Positions 55,137-64,000 of a DNA stretch of 64,000 nt are shown here, in pieces; the stretch's first letter is position 1; each line of letters starts with the position of its first letter. The stretch spans positions 40,325 to 104,324 of the forward strand of contig JBKSMS010000014.1 in assembly GCA_046881825.1 (NCBI GenBank), in the 5' to 3' direction. The notes beneath the pieces were generated by a model that did no database searches, was not told the origin of the DNA, and was given only the letters and a program-made list of their open reading frames with translations. The DNA comes from Alphaproteobacteria bacterium. Lineage in GTDB: Bacteria > Pseudomonadota > Alphaproteobacteria > Rs-D84. The position numbers were made by a program, and so were the translations under genes.

Positions 55137-56108
55137 TTATCTTGTTTTTTGATTTATTTCTGCGATCAAAGCATTCCCACATGTAATACGATCACTGTCT
55201 TCTTCATGACTTGGAACAAAAACAATAACATCCCAACCCATTTTTACAAGCGGTTGTTCAAATTGACGATATACATCATAATCATCATAGGATGTTGTCA
55301 CATCAAATCCATTTTTTACCGCAGAATTTGTTTCATGTATCGGGGTTATTTTTACAATAAACATATTTGGATCAAATAACTCTGTTAAACGCGCAGCATC
55401 CAAAACCGTATCCTTGGTAACCGCAAAATTTAAAGTGTATTTACGCCCCACGGGATGCGGCAACATTTTGGCTAATGCTGATATTTCCGCCAAACTTAAA
55501 CTTTTTTTGTTGAATTGATAATCGCGTTGTGCATCGTCAGTCGAATTGATACTAAATTGTAATCCTGCCTCGCCACGATAATCTATGTTTTTAATATTGC
55601 ACCAATCCAAAACAAACTGTGTTAAATGGCTATTGGCTTTTGGCAGCATCGTTGATACAACTGGATGAATTGTTTTTGCCTCGATATATTTCGCAACCAA
55701 TTCTCGCAGATTATCGCGTGCAAAAGCCAAAACATTCGGATTAAATGTCGGTTCACCCATTCTGGCAAAATGCACATTAAATCTGTCGGTGTTTTTAACA
55801 GTTTCGTTTTTCAAAATAGTTTCTATTTCATATGCCATCTCAGCCACAGATGCATTGCCATAAAAACCATATTTCGGACAATCGCAAAACTTGCAATTCA
55901 TAGGGCAGCCTTTTTGTGTACTGATTGTTGCCACCCATTTTTGTGTTAAATCCACAGTTTTATGCTGCACGCCATTGATTTCTTTGTGTAGCCCCAAGAA
56001 GTCCGCTTTGATATTATTTTCTTTGCCGTAATCGCCAACTGTCAAAAATTCTAAACGATGGTCGGTATCTACATAAATTTTACCTGTATGCGTATTAACT
56101 ATCTTCAT
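55137..56108 (-). CDS. radical SAM enzyme (RlmN/Cfr-like core)
   Basis: CPMNCKFC (CX3CX2C); FARMGEPTFNPNVL resembles the MGMGEPL.N motif. Confidence 0.65.
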   Translation of the reverse strand: MKIVNTHTGKIYVDTDHRLEFLTVGDYGKENNIKADFLGLHKEINGVQHKTVDLTQKWVATISTQKGCPMNCKFCDCPKYGFYGNASVAEMAYEIETILKNETVKNTDRFNVHFARMGEPTFNPNVLAFARDNLRELVAKYIEAKTIHPVVSTMLPKANSHLTQFVLDWCNIKNIDYRGEAGLQFSINSTDDAQRDYQFNKKSLSLAEISALAKMLPHPVGRKYTLNFAVTKDTVLDAARLTELFDPNMFIVKITPIHETNSAVKNGFDVTTSYDDYDVYRQFEQPLVKMGWDVIVFVPSHEEDSDRITCGNALIAEINQKTR

Positions 56109-56113
56109 CTGCG

Positions 56114-56665
56114 CTACCTTTGGTTTTGCAATTGTTTGGCTGTTGTCAGTTTAATATTAAAGTATGGAAAATCAAATAATTTGACGACTTGGTCTATTTC
56201 TTGATTTATTCCGCGACAAAGGTCTTGTACAATCGTCACAGAATAACCTTTGCATAAATAGCCCCAAACTGCATATTTTACGCAGAAATCACTCGCGACC
56301 CCCATAACATAGACATCTGTGCTTTTCGGATCAAATCCGGTCAGTGCTTTTTGTATTGCACGCTGATCCGCCCACACGTCATACACATTTTTTAATACTC
56401 TGTCATATTTATCCAACTGTATTGCTAATTTCCAACCATTTGTTCCGTATAAACAATGTGGTGGAAAATCTCTTGCTTCTGATGTGTTATTATATGTTGC
56501 ACGATAGTGCGTATCAAATGTTGCTATGGTTTTATCAAATTTAACATTACGCAAAAATTCATTTGCTGGTTCAATCAAAGATTCTGCGCCGGCAACAGGC
56601 AATTTCCCATTTGCCATCACAAAATCGTTTTGCATATCAACAATGTGTAAAAGTTTCTTTTTCAT
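56114..56665 (-). CDS. pncA: nicotinamidase (isochorismatase family)
   Basis: IVDMQNDF, FDTH, ASDFCV. Confidence 0.75.
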   Translation of the reverse strand: MKKKLLHIVDMQNDFVMANGKLPVAGAESLIEPANEFLRNVKFDKTIATFDTHYRATYNNTSEARDFPPHCLYGTNGWKLAIQLDKYDRVLKNVYDVWADQRAIQKALTGFDPKSTDVYVMGVASDFCVKYAVWGYLCKGYSVTIVQDLCRGINQEIDQVVKLFDFPYFNIKLTTAKQLQNQR

Positions 56666-56681
56666 TTTATTACCTCTTTGA

Positions 56682-58220
56682 TTATTTTGTACGTTGTAAA
56701 ATGTGACTCATTACCATTTCGGTCTGTTTTTTATACAGCCCTTGTTCAATTTCAACATGGTATTCGCATGCGTTTTGGACTCTTTTGTATTTCTTATCCA
56801 ATTTGGCAACACTGTGTGCGGTTGCATCTGCGATATCTGCCACGTTGCGGTTCATTGTTTCTGTATCTATTACCCCATCCGTCACTACACGAACCATTGG
56901 TTTATAAAACATTGTATTTTTTTCGTATGTGCGTTCTGTGGAATTTCTGGCATTAACACTGATGATTGGAAAATCGAGTGTTCCGTATGGTTGTTCAATA
57001 AACCCATGCGCGGTTATCACATCGCCCATAAAATTACCGTTGCCGTCCAGCATACGAACAATTTCTGTGGCACCTGGGATTGTGCGTTTAATCGCATCCC
57101 CGGATATTTTCATTTTATCAATGCCGTTGATGCTTTTTAATTTATAAACACCGCCCAGGGATGGTTGATCTGCCGCAGTTACCAGGTTGGTTCCCAGTGC
57201 GAACACATCAATTTTTGCACCACTTTCTAACAATTTTGTGATTGAATATTCATCCAAATCATTGCTGGCGATAATTTTGCAATTACGCATATCCGCAGCA
57301 TCTAATAATTCACGCGCAGCAATGGACAAAGATGCTAAATCCCCAGAATCTAAACGTATCATATCCAATGGCACGCCTGTCTTTTTGGATGCAGCAATCG
57401 CATTCTTTACCCCCTGAATTGTGTCGTATGTATCAACCAATAATGTTGTGTTGCCTTTGTTGTGCAATAACCAGTTCTCAAATGCTTCTGGTTCTGTGTC
57501 GTGACGCATAACAAAACTGTGTGCGTGTGTTCCGACCCATCCCAGGTTGTATTTGCGTGCTGCATCAGCATTTGATGTTGTTAAAATACCGCCAACTGCC
57601 GCACTGCGCGTGGAACGCATGCCATACATATCTTGTGCGCGGCGCAAACCAAATTCCATCACAGGGCGGTGTTCGGCTGCGTTTACAATGCGCGTTGCCT
57701 TGGTTGCAATCAAGCATGATGCATTTAATCCGTTCAATATTGCGGTTTCAACGATACCGACCTGCCATTCTGGGCCAGATACGCGAACAATCGGTTCATT
57801 TGGAAATACCAATTCGCCCTCTGGTACTGCATCAATGGTCAAAGATAATTTTTGATTGCGTAAAAATTCCAAAAATTCCGGTTTGAATGTCGGTGTGCCA
57901 TCTTTGTTTTTGCAGTTCGCTAACCATTTAATACTATCTTCTGAAAATCCGTAATCGTTCAACCATTCCAAGAAAGGTCCCAATCCTGCCGATACTGTAT
58001 ATGACCCACCAAACGGGTTTTTACGGATAAACATTTCATATGTGGCTGGTTCGCATGCTTTGCCCTCTAAAAATGAAGTGTGTGCCATTGTCAGGTGATA
58101 TTTATCCAGCCACATTTTTTCTGACATACTGTCACGCAAAATTTCCAAATATTTATTACGCAAATCATCATCTTTGATTGTGTCTGCGATTTTGAAAAGT
58201 TGATCTATTTTATTTGTCAT
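56682..58220 (-). CDS. pncB: nicotinate phosphoribosyltransferase
   Basis: 512 aa; DKYHLTMAHTSF...ATYEMFIRKNPFGG, GTHAHSF, VRLDSGD-like IRLDSGD. Confidence 0.8.
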   Translation of the reverse strand: MTNKIDQLFKIADTIKDDDLRNKYLEILRDSMSEKMWLDKYHLTMAHTSFLEGKACEPATYEMFIRKNPFGGSYTVSAGLGPFLEWLNDYGFSEDSIKWLANCKNKDGTPTFKPEFLEFLRNQKLSLTIDAVPEGELVFPNEPIVRVSGPEWQVGIVETAILNGLNASCLIATKATRIVNAAEHRPVMEFGLRRAQDMYGMRSTRSAAVGGILTTSNADAARKYNLGWVGTHAHSFVMRHDTEPEAFENWLLHNKGNTTLLVDTYDTIQGVKNAIAASKKTGVPLDMIRLDSGDLASLSIAARELLDAADMRNCKIIASNDLDEYSITKLLESGAKIDVFALGTNLVTAADQPSLGGVYKLKSINGIDKMKISGDAIKRTIPGATEIVRMLDGNGNFMGDVITAHGFIEQPYGTLDFPIISVNARNSTERTYEKNTMFYKPMVRVVTDGVIDTETMNRNVADIADATAHSVAKLDKKYKRVQNACEYHVEIEQGLYKKQTEMVMSHILQRTK

Positions 58221-58248
58221 TTTTTATCCTTTTGGTTTTATCTGATTT

Positions 58249-58325
58249 TGTTATTTACAAAATGATAATAACATAACAACATTATTATTGTCAAGATGTT
58301 ATTATCAAAATATTAAAAATAACAT
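58249..58325. promoter_or_regulatory. two inverted repeats TGTTATT-N11-AATAACA (58249-58273) and ATGTTATT-N14-AATAACAT (58296-58325); candidate NrtR operators
   Basis: Read directly upstream of pncB; they overlap promoter-like hexamers on both strands. Confidence 0.4.
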
Positions 58326-58595
58326 AAAAACACAGTAAAAACTACGGATAAAAATTCGCGTATTTTTTTATAAATCGATTCGGAAAATTAAAATTCATAG
58401 TCTAAAAATTTATTTTCAATACTAAAAAACGAAAAATAATAACAACGGAATAATACGGAGTATTTTTGCGCAAACAGTTTATGATTTTTACCTGATTTTT
58501 TCTCGTCTACACCAAGTCTACACTTTGGCAAAAATCGCCCCAAAATGCGGATTTCTGGGGTAGACGATTTTTTTTGCAAAATGTTTAGAAAGTCC

Positions 58596-58624
58596 TTGAC
58601 TTGTGCGGATTTTAAGTATATTAT
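58596..58624 (+). promoter_or_regulatory. promoter TTGACT-N17-TATTAT for tRNA-Asn
   Basis: Read directly, 12 nt upstream of the tRNA 5' end. Confidence 0.5.
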
Positions 58625-58636
58625 ATGCCTCGTTAT

Positions 58637-58712
58637 TCGGGCATAGTTCAGTCGGTAGAACAACGGACTGTTAATCCGTATGTCACTGGTTCGAGTCCAG
58701 TTGCCCGAGCCA
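58637..58712 (+). tRNA. tRNA-Asn (GUU)
   Basis: Acceptor UCGGGCA/UGCCCGA, anticodon loop CUGUUAA, T-loop UUCGAGU, encoded CCA; terminator at 58719-58745. Confidence 0.9.
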
Positions 58713-58800
58713 AGATTTCCGCAGATTTCTGCGGTTTTTCTTTACTTTTGCTATGGCAATTCGTTCCGGTATAAAAGGCACACAAATGTCATATTTTGAT

Positions 58801-59085
58801 AAAAAAGTACATATTTGTACACGTAAAAAAACATCCAAAAAAACGCATCAACACCAAGCACACAAAGGGTTTGAACGATTTTATTATGACTTATGCGACA
58901 CACGGACTACACATATGTACTTTTTTGTATACATTTTCTAAAACACAGACTCAGCAAGGCTTCCAGCGATTTTATTTACTGACATACGGACGCGCAGTTC
59001 GTATGTCGGTATTTTATAACCTATTGAAAACACTTAAAAATTATATTGGAAGTTTAACAAGTAGGATGCAAATATGTACTTTTTT
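58801..59085. repeat. 14-bp motif ATATGTACTTTTTT: two direct copies (58913-58926, 59072-59085) and one inverted copy (58801-58814), plus an imperfect repeat of about 40 bp
   Basis: Read directly. Confidence 0.7.
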
Positions 59086-59367
59086 AAAAGGCTGGACTTT
59101 CGCCGAAAGATATTGATGAATGCAACAACCTTAAAAGGATTGTCTATGAAGTACAAACATTTTCGAGAAATTGAGCCCAGTAATAAGACTGATTTTATTA
59201 TGCTTTATTTCGCAGCATGCCGATCATTGCACGAGTTAGAAAACGCCATACGCAGAACCAACAATGGCAACCTAACCTGCCGGCAAACATGGTTACTCCG
59301 CCGTCTCCAGCGCAAATTATTCCAAATGGCAGCGATGTGGAAAAATGAACTCTATAAAAAGTTCTAA
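59074..59367 (+). CDS. hypothetical small protein (start uncertain)
   Basis: 97-aa ORF upstream of the methyltransferase; no motif. Confidence 0.25.
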   Translation: MYFFKRLDFRRKILMNATTLKGLSMKYKHFREIEPSNKTDFIMLYFAACRSLHELENAIRRTNNGNLTCRQTWLLRRLQRKLFQMAAMWKNELYKKF

Positions 59368-59423
59368 AAACCCTTGATTTTATCCAGCATTTTCTTCTAA
59401 GATAGGACCAAGGAAAGGGTTTT

Positions 59424-61802
59424 ATGAGAACATATGTAAGTTTATTTAGTAGTGCTGGAGTTGGCTGTTACGGTTTTAAACAAGCAGGCTTTGAATGTAT
59501 AGCTACTAATGAACTTATAGAGTCCAGATTAGAAATACAAAAATACAATCATAAATGTAAATATGATACAGGCTATATAGCTGGTGATATTACAAAACAA
59601 GAAACCAAACAAAAGCTATATGACCAAATTACCCTTTGGAGACGCAAAGAAAAAATTCAAGATATTGATGTTGTTGTCGCCACTCCTCCATGCCAAGGCA
59701 TGTCAACTGCCAATTATAAGAAAAACAATGAAACCGCCAGAAACTCATTAGTTGTAGAGGCTATAGATATTATCAATTCTATAAAACCTAAAATTTTTAT
59801 ATTTGAAAATGTGGCAGCTTTTATGAAAACAGAGTGCGTTGACAAAGATGGTCAAACGTTACTAATCAAGGATTGCATTCATAAATGGCTAAATAAAGAT
59901 TATTATATTTACCATAAAATCGTCAATTTTAAGGATTATGGAGTGCCTTCAAGCAGGCCAAGAACATTGGTTATAGGCACAAGAAGAGATTTGAAAAATG
60001 TATCTCCTCTAAACCTTTTCCCTATTGCAAAGCCTCTAAGAACTGTTCGTGATGCAATTGGCGATCTTAAATCGCTTGATTTTGGAGAAATTGATAAAAA
60101 TGACATATTACATGCATTCAGAGAATATCCTAAATATATGAGAGAATGGATTTCATCTATCAAAGAGGGCGAAAGTGCCTTTGATGCTAGCAATCCGCAT
60201 AAACCATATAAAATAGTCAAAGGCAAAAAAGAACTTTTGAAAGGTTCTTATATGGGTAATAAATTTAAACGAATGTTTTGGGATCTGCCTGCCCCGTGCA
60301 TTGCCACAAGAAACGATCAATTAGCGAGTCAGAGTACTATACATCCAAAAGATGATCGGGTGTTATCAATCAGGGAACTGATGCGTGTAATGACAATCCC
60401 TGACGAATTTATATGGTGGGAACCAAACACAAAAATAGTAGCCAAACAGTCTTTTCTTAAAAAACATGAGCTTAACATACGTAGATGCATAGGGGAAGCG
60501 GTTCCAACGCTTATAATGGCAACTATTGCAAACAACATAAACGAATTGCTCGATTTTGAGGATTATGTTAATTGCGGAAAACCCAGTAAAACAAGTGATA
60601 ATTTTTATATAAAATCTTATCAAATTGAAAGTGCCGCGAACAACGCCAAACAAGATGGAGTTTTTTATACACCACAAAGTGTTGTATTCGATATTTTATC
60701 AAACTTAACCATTACTAATAACACACTAAAAATCTTGGAACCATCTGTAGGAATGGGGGCTTTTTTACCGCAACTATTCAGACTTATAGATATGCTTGAT
60801 TACGTAGAACTTGACGTTATTGATATAGATAAAGATGTTCTATCAAAATTAAAAAAATATTTGCCTCTTATTGGTTACACAAAAAATAACTTGCATATTA
60901 ACTATATAAACCATGATTTTTTAACTTATGATATAAACAAAACATATGATTTGATAATTGGCAATCCGCCATATGTGGTTTTGTCAGCGAAAGAGTTAAA
61001 AAAATACGATGGCTTCGTAAAGGATAGAACTATTAGTAATATCTTCGGATTATTTTTGGAAAAATGCGCCAGTTTTTCTGACGAAATTGCTATGGTTATC
61101 CCTAAGACTTTTTTAATGACACCTGAATTTAATAATTTGCGTAAAACTTATGAAAATTTTGCCATTATTTCTATTGTCGATTATGGTGTTAATTTCTTCA
61201 AAAACGTATTTATAGAAATAATCTCTATTCATTTTAAAAAAAAATTCACCGGGAAGATATACATAGAAAACAAAAGGGAATCAGATATTAGAACAGTGCC
61301 TCAAAAATATATTTTCCATAAAAAACATTGGATCATATACCGAGACAACTGGTTCGATGATTATATAAAAAAACTACATTTAGACATATTCGATTTTTAT
61401 AGAGACAGACAAATTACCAATAAATATTTAGCGGACGCTGGTAAAATTCGAGTACTAAGATCAAAAAATATTCTGGATGATGGGACTATACAAAACATCA
61501 AAAACTATGATAAATATATTGATGATGTGACATCTTTCGTTATACGTAAGTATATGAATCAACATAATATAATAATGACAAATTTTACATATAACACTAG
61601 GGCCACAATTTTACCAGACAATACCGCAGTAAATGGTTCACTAGCTATTCTGTTGGTAAAAAACACGAGACGTAAACACGATATAGACCTATCTTTATAC
61701 TCTACTGAAGAGTTTAGGAAATACTATGCGATCGTGAAAAACAAATCGAAATTTACAATAAATATTGATAGCAATTCAATATATTATATAGGGGTAAAAT
61801 GA
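59424..61802 (+). CDS. bifunctional DNA methyltransferase: N-terminal C5-cytosine MTase fused to C-terminal N6-adenine (Eco57I-like gamma-class) MTase
   Basis: m5C motifs FSSAGVG, PPCQGMS, ENV, IGEAVP; m6A motifs FYTP, EPSVGMGAF, GNPPY. Confidence 0.8.
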   Translation: MRTYVSLFSSAGVGCYGFKQAGFECIATNELIESRLEIQKYNHKCKYDTGYIAGDITKQETKQKLYDQITLWRRKEKIQDIDVVVATPPCQGMSTANYKKNNETARNSLVVEAIDIINSIKPKIFIFENVAAFMKTECVDKDGQTLLIKDCIHKWLNKDYYIYHKIVNFKDYGVPSSRPRTLVIGTRRDLKNVSPLNLFPIAKPLRTVRDAIGDLKSLDFGEIDKNDILHAFREYPKYMREWISSIKEGESAFDASNPHKPYKIVKGKKELLKGSYMGNKFKRMFWDLPAPCIATRNDQLASQSTIHPKDDRVLSIRELMRVMTIPDEFIWWEPNTKIVAKQSFLKKHELNIRRCIGEAVPTLIMATIANNINELLDFEDYVNCGKPSKTSDNFYIKSYQIESAANNAKQDGVFYTPQSVVFDILSNLTITNNTLKILEPSVGMGAFLPQLFRLIDMLDYVELDVIDIDKDVLSKLKKYLPLIGYTKNNLHINYINHDFLTYDINKTYDLIIGNPPYVVLSAKELKKYDGFVKDRTISNIFGLFLEKCASFSDEIAMVIPKTFLMTPEFNNLRKTYENFAIISIVDYGVNFFKNVFIEIISIHFKKKFTGKIYIENKRESDIRTVPQKYIFHKKHWIIYRDNWFDDYIKKLHLDIFDFYRDRQITNKYLADAGKIRVLRSKNILDDGTIQNIKNYDKYIDDVTSFVIRKYMNQHNIIMTNFTYNTRATILPDNTAVNGSLAILLVKNTRRKHDIDLSLYSTEEFRKYYAIVKNKSKFTINIDSNSIYYIGVK

Positions 61803-63097
61803 TGATAGACCAGATTATAAATATGATATCAGACTGCTCATTGGCCAAAACCACAGGACGTTTTGTAAGCGATAAATCTTATGCTTATGACACAATTTAT
61901 TTTATGGCAAAATTTATATTAGAAACGTCGGACGATGAGAATATTTTTAATAAACGCATCCAAAAAGAGCGCTGTATAAAATATACTAAAGATATTTTTC
62001 AATTACGGGGTTTAGCATCTGGTGCTCCTAATTATATGACAGAAACATTGAATTTATTATGTTTTTCTAATTTGTTAATAAAAATAGATGCGGACAAATA
62101 CAAAATTACTAACAAACCCATTTTAGAATATATTGCAGAACGCATTGAGAACGCTTATATATTTTTATACTTAGTTGTATATAAAACCTTTAACAACGAT
62201 TCTATCACAGAATTATATAAAAAATTCATTACAGCAAACACACAAAAAGAACAAGAAGAGATCTTATTTAAAATACTCGATATTTTCCGGCAAAAATCTG
62301 TGAGCATAATAAGAATCGGAACAAATTGGGAAAAACAATTGGTTAAATACGCCCTGATCATTTTAGGCTTTGTAAATGATGGACCGACAATTAGTCGGGA
62401 GTTTACAATTCTGACGCATACAGTTTCTATCAGAGACATATCCATCAATATCGAGGGAACAAGAACATCAGAAAACTCTAAAAAAATAAACGACTACATA
62501 AATTTCTTCGCTAAAGATTACGTACAAGCTCAACTTGCACCGTATATGTTCATCAATTTGCCTCATGTAGCCGTTGACACAACAATAAATCACATTGCAG
62601 AAGATCTTGCATCTCTAAAAATTGAAAAAATCATAAAAGAAACTAATGAAACAGAATACAAATCAAAATACGAACAAAATCAATTTATAGAACGAAAAGT
62701 TAGAGCGAGGAACCAAAACATTCAAAGAGCTTTCAAAAATAGCTTATTAGATCATAATGCTCATCGCTGTCCTATTTGTGGTTTTGAATACGAAGATTTT
62801 CTTATAGCAAGTCATATTAAACCTTATGCACAATGTGATGATACTTATGATGCTATAAATAATTTTAATGGATTCTTAATGTGTCCAAATCATGACAAAC
62901 TTTTTGAAGGAGCAAAATTGATGACTATAGATGCAAAAACAGGCACCATCATACTGTCCAAACAGGCCCGAGAAAGTAAAGATTTTGGATATTTACACAA
63001 CACAAATATTGATAAAAGTTTGGTTGAATGTGAGAGAAGACATTATCTTGCATGGCACAACGCTGAATTTTATCGGCAAAACGGAAAAAAATGTTAA
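61799..63097 (+). CDS. HNH-motif restriction endonuclease candidate
   Basis: ATGA overlap with the MTase stop; C-terminal CPICG...ASHIKP...NGFLMCPNHDKLFE HNH pattern. Confidence 0.6.
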   Translation: MMIDQIINMISDCSLAKTTGRFVSDKSYAYDTIYFMAKFILETSDDENIFNKRIQKERCIKYTKDIFQLRGLASGAPNYMTETLNLLCFSNLLIKIDADKYKITNKPILEYIAERIENAYIFLYLVVYKTFNNDSITELYKKFITANTQKEQEEILFKILDIFRQKSVSIIRIGTNWEKQLVKYALIILGFVNDGPTISREFTILTHTVSIRDISINIEGTRTSENSKKINDYINFFAKDYVQAQLAPYMFINLPHVAVDTTINHIAEDLASLKIEKIIKETNETEYKSKYEQNQFIERKVRARNQNIQRAFKNSLLDHNAHRCPICGFEYEDFLIASHIKPYAQCDDTYDAINNFNGFLMCPNHDKLFEGAKLMTIDAKTGTIILSKQARESKDFGYLHNTNIDKSLVECERRHYLAWHNAEFYRQNGKKC

Positions 63098-63281
63098 GAA
63101 CTCAAATTTAGTTTGATTAAAACGTTTGTGTTTTGCCTCGGTAATCTGAAAGAAGTTTTACATGATAACTACGGATATTATTTCTTGCGCCGCATCAGTT
63201 GCCACAGCCATTATTGCTGGAGCAGCTTTATGTGCAAAAGGTTGATAATTGTAAATAAAAACGCAGTCTTGCGACCACGTT

Positions 63282-63986
63282 TTATTTATTTTTGTTTTGA
63301 ATTTTTAATTTAGTAACCTTGCAACCAAACGACAAATCCATCAAGTATACATTTCTGAACACAGAATTAAATTTATGCTTTTGTAGTTTATCAGAAAAAT
63401 GTACAAAGCCGTTTTCTACCACCACTAACAAATCGCACTCATCGCAATTCTTTTTATAAGATTCAAATTTTTGGTTTTTGCTGTCTATCGTTTTTTGAAC
63501 ATCATCAAAAGGATCTTCTTCACATCTACCCATATTGTTGACATGGCACGAAGTGTGTGGTTCGTGCATTAAACTACCATTAACGATAAAGGTTTGACCT
63601 TTTACATCTACCCACTTTTTTGTTATTCCCCATGCTTTTATTCCTTCTGATTCCAACGCGGTTATAAATGCCTCTTTTAATTCGTCGTCTGATGCATTTA
63701 AATGATCAAATCCTGGATTGTAACAAGCATCCATGTGTTCTGCCCAATTCAAACTCCATTCTCTTGGATCATGAACATCAATCAATAAAGACAGAGGAAT
63801 TCCTTTTTGTTTAAAATAGCCAACCACCTTTTTAGCAACCCTTTCCAACCGCATTGTCGCCGTATTTTTATCACTTTTGTAAATAAAATTGACGATTTCC
63901 AACCCAATTGTTGGTCGACCTGCCACTTCAAATATAAAATCCGGACATTCACAAGACTTTTTAGTTGTAATTCCATTGTCTTGCAT
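63282..63986 (-). CDS. hypothetical protein (Cys/His-rich; possible nuclease-like CPDFIFE...GLEIV)
   Basis: 234-aa ORF converging on the RM pair. Confidence 0.3.
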   Translation of the reverse strand: MQDNGITTKKSCECPDFIFEVAGRPTIGLEIVNFIYKSDKNTATMRLERVAKKVVGYFKQKGIPLSLLIDVHDPREWSLNWAEHMDACYNPGFDHLNASDDELKEAFITALESEGIKAWGITKKWVDVKGQTFIVNGSLMHEPHTSCHVNNMGRCEEDPFDDVQKTIDSKNQKFESYKKNCDECDLLVVVENGFVHFSDKLQKHKFNSVFRNVYLMDLSFGCKVTKLKIQNKNK

Positions 63987-64000
63987 CCATTTTTCACCAA

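Larger units (their letters stand above)
58713..64000. mobile_element. tRNA-Asn-adjacent genomic island (repeats + restriction-modification genes); right end beyond the window
   Basis: Starts at a tRNA 3' end, carries RM genes and repeat-rich non-coding DNA; no integrase seen in the window. Confidence 0.45.

Noticed and set aside
58504-58575. Orphan plus-strand terminator-like structure (CGUCUAC...GUAGACG + U8) as an independent sRNA gene
   Set aside because: A plus-strand promoter-like site at 58288-58316 could feed it. However, the roughly 250-nt interval is AT-rich with no strong internal structure or ORF, so the evidence is too thin for a separate call. It is noted under the NrtR operon finding.
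58388-58663. 91-aa minus-strand ORF
   Set aside because: It runs through the tRNA-Asn promoter and into the tRNA gene.

Overview
Low-G+C (about one-third G+C by eye) bacterial chromosome segment. Housekeeping genes include dnaB, birA, priA, miaA, gap, zapA, radC, map, holA and lptE, plus four tRNAs. An LpxI-type lipid A gene, a lone virB11 and a truncated metK suggest an alphaproteobacterium-like, possibly host-associated organism; taxonomy cannot be proven from the sequence. Three regions stand out. (1) 1033-13758 is a compact podovirus-like head/tail cluster sitting seamlessly between yraN and birA. Its large terminase gene is split into ATPase and nuclease halves by a 3.4 kb opposite-strand block carrying dnaB, a dual-HTH regulator and an unknown gene. 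(2) 43.2-58.3 kb is an accessory stretch with gene remnants, a GH24 lysozyme cassette, an ABC-F gene, a Nudix-pyrophosphatase fusion operon, and a six-gene NrtR/NAD-salvage operon containing a radical-SAM gene. (3) An island starts at tRNA-Asn (58637). It carries a fused m5C+m6A methyltransferase translationally coupled to an HNH endonuclease, resembling the Eco31I/Esp3I type IIS family. Several structured non-coding elements are visible by eye: a promoter-to-terminator CU-rich sRNA candidate, a 6S-like RNA downstream of zapA, and two tandem structured RNAs beside the tRNA cluster. Other points are a duplicated gap 3' end bracketing a GC-rich palindromic insert, and a sharply GC-rich patch in a secreted-protein gene. 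All functional calls rest on motifs recognised by eye; no searches were run.
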